A stretch of 64,000 nucleotides of DNA. Source: Candidatus Hadarchaeota archaeon. GTDB taxonomy: Archaea > CAYQAE01 > CAYVLA01. The position numbers and the translations under genes are program-made. Positions 58,507 through 64,000 of this stretch are shown in pieces. Location: the NCBI GenBank assembly GCA_964621445.1, contig CAZUNO010000016.1:8929-72928 (forward strand), written 5' to 3'. Below the pieces are notes generated by a model. That model was not told the origin of the DNA, did not search any database, and worked only from the letters and a program-made list of their open reading frames with translations. The number at the start of each line of letters is the position of its first letter. Position 1 is the first letter of the stretch.

Positions 58507-59589
58507 CTATGAATAGCTTCCGTACTTGATTCCCATCTTCGAAAAGGCCTTGAAGGTATCAAGATCCACCTGGGGGGATATGGAGTGATCGGAGCACAGC
58601 ACGTATCCCCCGCCCTCCATCGCGACCTCGACCTTGGGTATTACCTCCTCCTTTATCCTGGCGAGGTCGTTGGTGTGTAAAACCGTCTTGTCGATATTGC
58701 CCAGGAATGCCAGCTTGTCCCCGTACTTCTCCTTAAGCTCAATAACATCCATCCCGGCATTTACCTCCAGCGGGTGGAGCCCCGTGAAACCTGCATCTAT
58801 AATATCCGGGATGAGGAGGTTCACATTGCCATCGGTGTGTAGCAGTGCTGGCTTCCCCTTCTTTCTGAAGGGCTTGGTGATAGCCTCGTGGGAGGGCTTC
58901 ACGTACTTCCGGTAATATTCCGGGGAGAAGAACGGACCATCCGCGAAGCCAAGGTCATCGAAAACCCATGCACAGTCTGCCCCCGCATCGCACATGGCCG
59001 AGCTAATTGCACCAAAGAACCGGGCCAGTACCTTGTACATCCTCTTCGTCAATTTGGGATCGACCATCATGTAGCGCAGGGCCTTCTTCGTTCCCCCGGA
59101 GATATGTCTGGTGTACTCGAATGTGCCGTAGAAGCCGGCGTAAACGTAGAAATCCTCCTGGAACTTCCGGTACATCTCCTCGATCTCGTGCCGGAACGGA
59201 TAGCTTGGACTGGAGATCCGTATCGGGTAGTCCGGATCGAGCAGGGGTTCGATCCGCTCCTCGAACTCCTCCAGGTTAGTGAAGGGGGGATCGATGTGAA
59301 GCGGTATACCCTCGTGTTCCCCGGTCCACCTCTTCTGTTTGACCCCGTAGCGATCCCTTGATATCACGTAGCTATCGCCCTTCTCAAAGGTCATCTCATC
59401 GTACTTGGGGGATGTATCGACCCCGATTCCGTATAAGTCCATGCCGAAGTGCTCCTCGATGAAGGTTCCTTTGGGGAGCCCCTGGTTTTCCCACCTCTCG
59501 ATGGTTGTTCCCCATATTCCATCCCTGAAGCCAACGTGATCGGCCTCCTCCAGATGAAGAAGCCTGTCGATTCTCTCTCGCGAATTCAT
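58507..59589 (-). CDS. uroporphyrinogen decarboxylase / MtaA-CmuA methyltransferase family protein
   Basis: MNSRER, DDLG, SPE.Y, HTDGN, GNID, GGGYVLCSDHSI. Confidence 0.82.
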   Translation of the reverse strand: MNSRERIDRLLHLEEADHVGFRDGIWGTTIERWENQGLPKGTFIEEHFGMDLYGIGVDTSPKYDEMTFEKGDSYVISRDRYGVKQKRWTGEHEGIPLHIDPPFTNLEEFEERIEPLLDPDYPIRISSPSYPFRHEIEEMYRKFQEDFYVYAGFYGTFEYTRHISGGTKKALRYMMVDPKLTKRMYKVLARFFGAISSAMCDAGADCAWVFDDLGFADGPFFSPEYYRKYVKPSHEAITKPFRKKGKPALLHTDGNVNLLIPDIIDAGFTGLHPLEVNAGMDVIELKEKYGDKLAFLGNIDKTVLHTNDLARIKEEVIPKVEVAMEGGGYVLCSDHSISPQVDLDTFKAFSKMGIKYGSYS

Positions 59590-60211
59590 GCCATCCCTCA
59601 TAGATCCGAATAAACCTGCATTTGGTGGCCTCGCAATCCTGATAAGTATGTTTCATGTCTTGTTTCCCAAACCGCGAAACTGGGCGATGAATCTTTCTGG
59701 CAACCCTATTTACAGATCTCGATCCCCTGCACACCTCAACGTATCTAGCGTGACGATCTCTGAACCTGGGACAGTACATGAAGCTCGAGCCCGAGGTCGA
59801 TGTTATTTTCCCACCTCCCTGGTCAAAGGCCTTCCCTTCCTAGCCCCTCCTCTTGAAATAAGGTCTTTCGAGATCAAGACGTTCAAGGTCACTCTCTGAG
59901 AATGATGAAGGCAGAGTACAGATGCGTTGTCCCGCGAGATAGAAAGGTATCCGGCAGAGGTATCGAGACACCCAACAGATTTCCCGCTTGAGGTCAGAGA
60001 ACCCCCTAGACCGGTCTCCGAAGCTCGTATTTATCGCGGCCGGAAAACTTCAGAGTGAAGCCCAAATGGGCCATGATTCCGTCGATGAGTGGAGGGTGTC
60101 CACAACCCGGACGACTCCGGCATCGGTTTCCACCATGGGTCCAACCGCGAGGCTAAGTTGGATTCGACATCTATTTATTTCTTGAACGAATAAGATTAGT
60201 CAGGATGATCA

Positions 60212-60973
60212 TTGGTGAATTGCCCTCGATGCGGCTCTGAAATACCTTCCGGATCCTCGTTCTGTCCCAGGTGCGGACGTCAGGTTTCCAGCAAGGGACA
60301 GGAAGTCCAAGAGGATTCCGATATAAAAGTGGATTCAAAGGGCTCTCAGGCAGAGGTCCCTGAGGACCATGGAGGTCCTGAAGACCCTTACTGGTGGCGG
60401 CGGAAACCCAAGATTGATCGATCCGGTGAAGAGATCCCATATGGTCGTGGTGGAGACCCGCCTCCCGATGCGCGTGGGGATGACTGGACCGAGCCTCCCT
60501 CTCTACATCGAAGTAGTAGGAAATGGCTTGTAATTCTTGTGGTCATTGTGGTTGTCCTCGGGGTGTTGGCGATCTTGCTTGTGCTCGGGGGGCAGAACAG
60601 ATCCGGTGACGAAAATGTGCCGCTGACGGGATTCAGGCCCCAGTTGAGCTACGAGGAGACCTTTGGAGAGTACACAGGTGAGCCAGAACCGGGATATTCC
60701 GTGTTGGCGGTGGTGGAGAATATCGGCGAGGACGGCGGGAGCCTGGATGACTGGAACGTCCATGTCGAGCTCGAGATGGGCGGAGAGCTCTTGGCGGAAG
60801 AAAGGGAATACCTCGAGGGGCGCCTGGGCTCGAAGGAGACAAGGGAGCTACCTTTCGATATGGAAGTCGAGGAGTTGGAGCCGGGCGAGGAGATCAAGTT
60901 GACCGTTACACTGAACGATGAGGAAGATCACCTTTACTCGATCAGGGTTCTTAGACAGGTTGTCGTAGGATAG
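60212..60973 (+). CDS. zinc-ribbon membrane protein
   Basis: CPRCG...FCPRCG, Pro-rich linker, single TM, acidic Ig-like C-terminal domain. Confidence 0.8.
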   Translation: MVNCPRCGSEIPSGSSFCPRCGRQVSSKGQEVQEDSDIKVDSKGSQAEVPEDHGGPEDPYWWRRKPKIDRSGEEIPYGRGGDPPPDARGDDWTEPPSLHRSSRKWLVILVVIVVVLGVLAILLVLGGQNRSGDENVPLTGFRPQLSYEETFGEYTGEPEPGYSVLAVVENIGEDGGSLDDWNVHVELEMGGELLAEEREYLEGRLGSKETRELPFDMEVEELEPGEEIKLTVTLNDEEDHLYSIRVLRQVVVG

Positions 60974-61298
60974 CGGACCCTGGTGTATCAGAGATACGCA
61001 CCTACCTCTCGAAATCTCTGGGCGCGGAACGCCGAAGATAGCCAGTTCAGTGTTTGAAGGTCCGCCTAGTCACGGCGCGTACCACAGACATATGAAACAC
61101 AAGGCTTTCACGTTTCATCCAGCATGATGTTCCTATTGAGGAAAGGCTCTTGGCAGGTGGCTTGCCAAATCCCCGGGAACACGCAATAAACGGGGGAAAC
61201 CTTCAGAGACTTAACGTCAGATCCCATTTTCCCCGGCCGAAAGACGACCAAAGCCCTTATAATCCTCCATCGCCCACCCCCTTGGAGGTCGTGGTCTA

Positions 61299-63803
61299 GT
61301 GGGACGGAAAGCTTTCCTGGGGACCGGTATTATCTTGGCCTGTCTGGTGATGCAGGGGGTCGTCCCGATCCTTGGGGCTGAAGATGTAAGGCTATACCAG
61401 AGCCTTCCGATTCTCTCACTGTCATCCTCCTCGGGAGGCTCCCTGGACGCTCTGGTGGACGCAAACGAGTCGTCGTACTGGAGAAGCTCAGAGAGGCTTG
61501 GCCCGGGAAGGAGGGAGTGGATAAAGATCAATCTCAGTTCCTATTCTACGATAGAGGAGATACGCCTCAAGGCTGCCCCGACCGGGGGATTCCCCAGTGG
61601 CTTTCGAATTACCTTCTCCACCGACGGTGGAAAGACGAATTTCGCGGTTTCCGGAGCCGCTTTTAGGGGATATCCGGACCCGGGCGGCGACTGGTGCGTG
61701 GTAGACATCCCGTCTGTGATCTCCAACACCATCATGGTGGAGGCGAACTACCTCAGGCAGGACGATTCTGGGCACTACGTCTTTCAGTTGGCCGAGATCG
61801 TTCTGGTGGGTTCCCTGGATTCCGGACCCTTCTTCACGAGCAGGGGCGGTGAGTGGGACGCGGATCTGAATATGATGTGGAGGATATTCGGCTCCGCGGA
61901 GCCCGGACTTGGGGCAGTGGCGCCTATGGGAGGCGAGTCGTCATGGATGGAGTGGAACGCCCTGAAGCTGTGCTGGTATGATGATCCCGGGTTGAGGGAT
62001 GCCCTCAGAAGACAGTTCATAGGATATACCGTTGACCCGAACGGATACGTTTGGTCCTGGGGGGATCAGCAAGGATGGCCGACCCACGGTCACCGTCACT
62101 ACGACACGAACCCCAAGTTCATCCTGGGGGCATGTCGATACTACCTCTGGACAGGAGACGATTCCTTTCTTCAGTCCAGTGCCTCCTCGACCACTGACAT
62201 GTCCCTCTCCATTGGCTATGTGGGAAGGAGTCCTTCCAGGTGGGATAGTCCGGATCACGTCGCCATCAGGCTGAGGGAGGGGGAGACCCTTGGGCAAACC
62301 TTCTTGGCCACGGATAGCTTCACATCGGTCGGTGGAAGCTTTCCCACCTACCTCACGACCGGATCGAGCATGATGCTGCGCTTGAGGATTGGGGGACCGA
62401 GCGGGGAGGTGCTCTCTGAGAGGCGCTTCAGCGATGTCGTTGACAACGCCTGGGTTAGCTTGAGCTTCGATCGTCTTCCCCCCGGGAAGTACTATCTCGA
62501 GATGTGCTGCCCTGGTGGAACGGTAGGTTGGTGGAGCATCAACGACGATGTCATAGCGAACGGTTCATCTCACGTGGACGGGGAGGTCTTTCAACGTGAT
62601 GGACGCTCCCTCTTAGAAAGTATCAGATCGGCCATGAGGTTCCAGTTGGATGTCCTGGACGGAAGAAATGGACTCCTCGTAATCCGGGACGAGGATAGCA
62701 ACGGGACATACAACGGATACCCAACAGACTACTGGGACAACTTCCCCTTCGGTTACCAAAGCGCCTGCGTGAACACCTACTTCTATGCATCCCTCGGAGC
62801 CATGGCAGATCTCGAGGAGGCCCTTGGAAACGAAACCGGCGCGAGTTATCTTAGGGGGTTGATGCCCTTGGTTCGCAGGAGGTTCAATGAGGTCTTCTGG
62901 GATGATCTGAAGGGTCGATACATAGGTTGTGTCGATTCTCAGGGAGGGAGGCACGACCTGGGCTTCACGTACATAAACACCGAGGCGATGGCTTACGGCC
63001 TAGCGGACGAGGAAAAGGTCAAGATGATCTACTCCTGGCTCGATGGGAAGAGAAACATTCCGGGGGACCTCTCCCAGGGGGATGAGATATACCATTACCT
63101 GATCGCCCCCCGGTCGACCACCCTACCAGTGGAGGAAACCAAGCCCTATTGGTGGTATTCCATCAACGGGGCCATCAGCTTGGGAACTGGGGGAAGGGCG
63201 AACTACGACGATCACCTGGAAAACGGCGGGGTGATCTTCTACACCTCTTACTATGACTTGATGTCGAGGCTACTCTTCATCTCTGCCGACGATGCCCTTG
63301 GGAGGCTGGACGCGATCATGACCGAGTTTCACAAAGACCAGCTCAGACGGGATCCCCCAAACAGTGAGGGGGTGCCGTGGAAGCTCGGGATCGTAGGCGA
63401 GTTCCCCGAGTCCGGCCTTGTGCCCTCCTTTCCCGTTCACGGCTTCTTGGGCGCCGAGGCCAGGCCCGACGGCCTTCACCTCACCCCTCGTTTGCCCGAA
63501 CCCCTGTCTTGCGTCGGGGTGAGGGACCTCTGTTTCAGGGGAGCGAGATACACCATAAACGCGACTTTGGACGCCGTCTCGCCGATAATCACCGGATCAG
63601 GGGATCGATATCTGGTCACGATACCCCCAGGCGAAGAAGTGGTACTCTCCGGGGATGAAGTCTGGAGGATCGAGGAGGGTGGTATGACCTTGCTCTGGCT
63701 CCTCCTCCTTGCGCTTTGGATTTGGCTTCAGGTTAGATACAGAAGAATCGCAACACAACCCAAGCTACCCGCTTCCCGACGATCAGACGCCATCCAAACA
63801 TAA
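61299..63803 (+). CDS. secreted membrane-anchored (alpha/alpha)6 glycoside-hydrolase-like protein with N-terminal discoidin/CBM32-like domain
   Basis: Signal peptide; F5/8-like EWIKINL..FQLAEI; YYLWTGD; YWD..N.Y.Y..L; FNEVFWD...G.Y; G.EA.PDGL.L.P.LP; C-terminal IEE followed by TM. Confidence 0.72.
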   Translation: MGRKAFLGTGIILACLVMQGVVPILGAEDVRLYQSLPILSLSSSSGGSLDALVDANESSYWRSSERLGPGRREWIKINLSSYSTIEEIRLKAAPTGGFPSGFRITFSTDGGKTNFAVSGAAFRGYPDPGGDWCVVDIPSVISNTIMVEANYLRQDDSGHYVFQLAEIVLVGSLDSGPFFTSRGGEWDADLNMMWRIFGSAEPGLGAVAPMGGESSWMEWNALKLCWYDDPGLRDALRRQFIGYTVDPNGYVWSWGDQQGWPTHGHRHYDTNPKFILGACRYYLWTGDDSFLQSSASSTTDMSLSIGYVGRSPSRWDSPDHVAIRLREGETLGQTFLATDSFTSVGGSFPTYLTTGSSMMLRLRIGGPSGEVLSERRFSDVVDNAWVSLSFDRLPPGKYYLEMCCPGGTVGWWSINDDVIANGSSHVDGEVFQRDGRSLLESIRSAMRFQLDVLDGRNGLLVIRDEDSNGTYNGYPTDYWDNFPFGYQSACVNTYFYASLGAMADLEEALGNETGASYLRGLMPLVRRRFNEVFWDDLKGRYIGCVDSQGGRHDLGFTYINTEAMAYGLADEEKVKMIYSWLDGKRNIPGDLSQGDEIYHYLIAPRSTTLPVEETKPYWWYSINGAISLGTGGRANYDDHLENGGVIFYTSYYDLMSRLLFISADDALGRLDAIMTEFHKDQLRRDPPNSEGVPWKLGIVGEFPESGLVPSFPVHGFLGAEARPDGLHLTPRLPEPLSCVGVRDLCFRGARYTINATLDAVSPIITGSGDRYLVTIPPGEEVVLSGDEVWRIEEGGMTLLWLLLLALWIWLQVRYRRIATQPKLPASRRSDAIQT

Positions 63804-64000
63804 CCGAATTCCAAGAAGAAGATTATGAGAATCGAAAAAACCGAGAATTCAACCAGTCAACTACCTCTGAGCGGGGAGCACCGATGATAGCCGGTTCAGC
63901 GTGAGGTTTTCCCTAGTCACCTGACGGTGATTCCAGTAGAAAGCTAGTATGTGTTTAGCTTCGTATTGTTTTGTGCATTTGTTGGTGTGGGTCTAGTCCT

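Noticed and set aside
60980-61200. Cluster of short hairpins as a possible ncRNA or tRNA
   Set aside because: No T-loop or cloverleaf, and no recognisable family; stems are short enough to arise by chance.
63856-63880. GTCAACTACC resembling an IS200/IS605 or omega-RNA end
   Set aside because: The characteristic following hairpin is absent and no tnpB/iscB is visible.
63931-63942. TTCCAGTAGAAA resembling an ORB element
   Set aside because: Single mismatched copy without a G-string or adjacent cdc6; cannot be supported within this window.

Overview
Gene-dense archaeal chromosomal segment. The archaeal call rests on an SRP 7S RNA, an OapA-type Era-like GTPase, an ADP-dependent sugar kinase, AOR plus MoaD, TATA/BRE promoters and GGAGG/GAGGT Shine-Dalgarno sites; the lineage cannot be fixed from sequence alone. 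Housekeeping blocks are hypCDE/hypF, leuA-ilvB-ilvH with ilvC, grpE-dnaK-dnaJ, tmk and SRP RNA. These are interleaved with carbohydrate/sulfate-scavenging and surface genes: a sulfatase, GH28, an (alpha/alpha)6 glycosidase-like protein, FG-GAP proteins and UroD-like proteins. I found no CRISPR array, tRNA, rRNA, integrase or transposase. The strongest candidates for novelty are: (1) a MORC/Hsp90-type GHKL ATPase fused to a WLM/Wss1-like HExxH metallopeptidase motif, next to a RimK-type ligase; (2) an unannotated 52-aa RHH gene beside a palindromic operator and a hairpin sRNA candidate with tandem C-rich anti-SD loops between face-to-face promoters; (3) an alpha-SNAP-like TPR protein with an unknown partner; (4) a membrane-anchored protein with about five OB folds; (5) a NikR homologue with no His or Cys, heading a nuclease-ModE operon; (6) a paralogous GATase-like/coiled-coil surface protein family. 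Several apparent single-base indels (PHP gene, modE start, leuA start) may be assembly errors. All family assignments come from motif recognition by eye; no searches were run.
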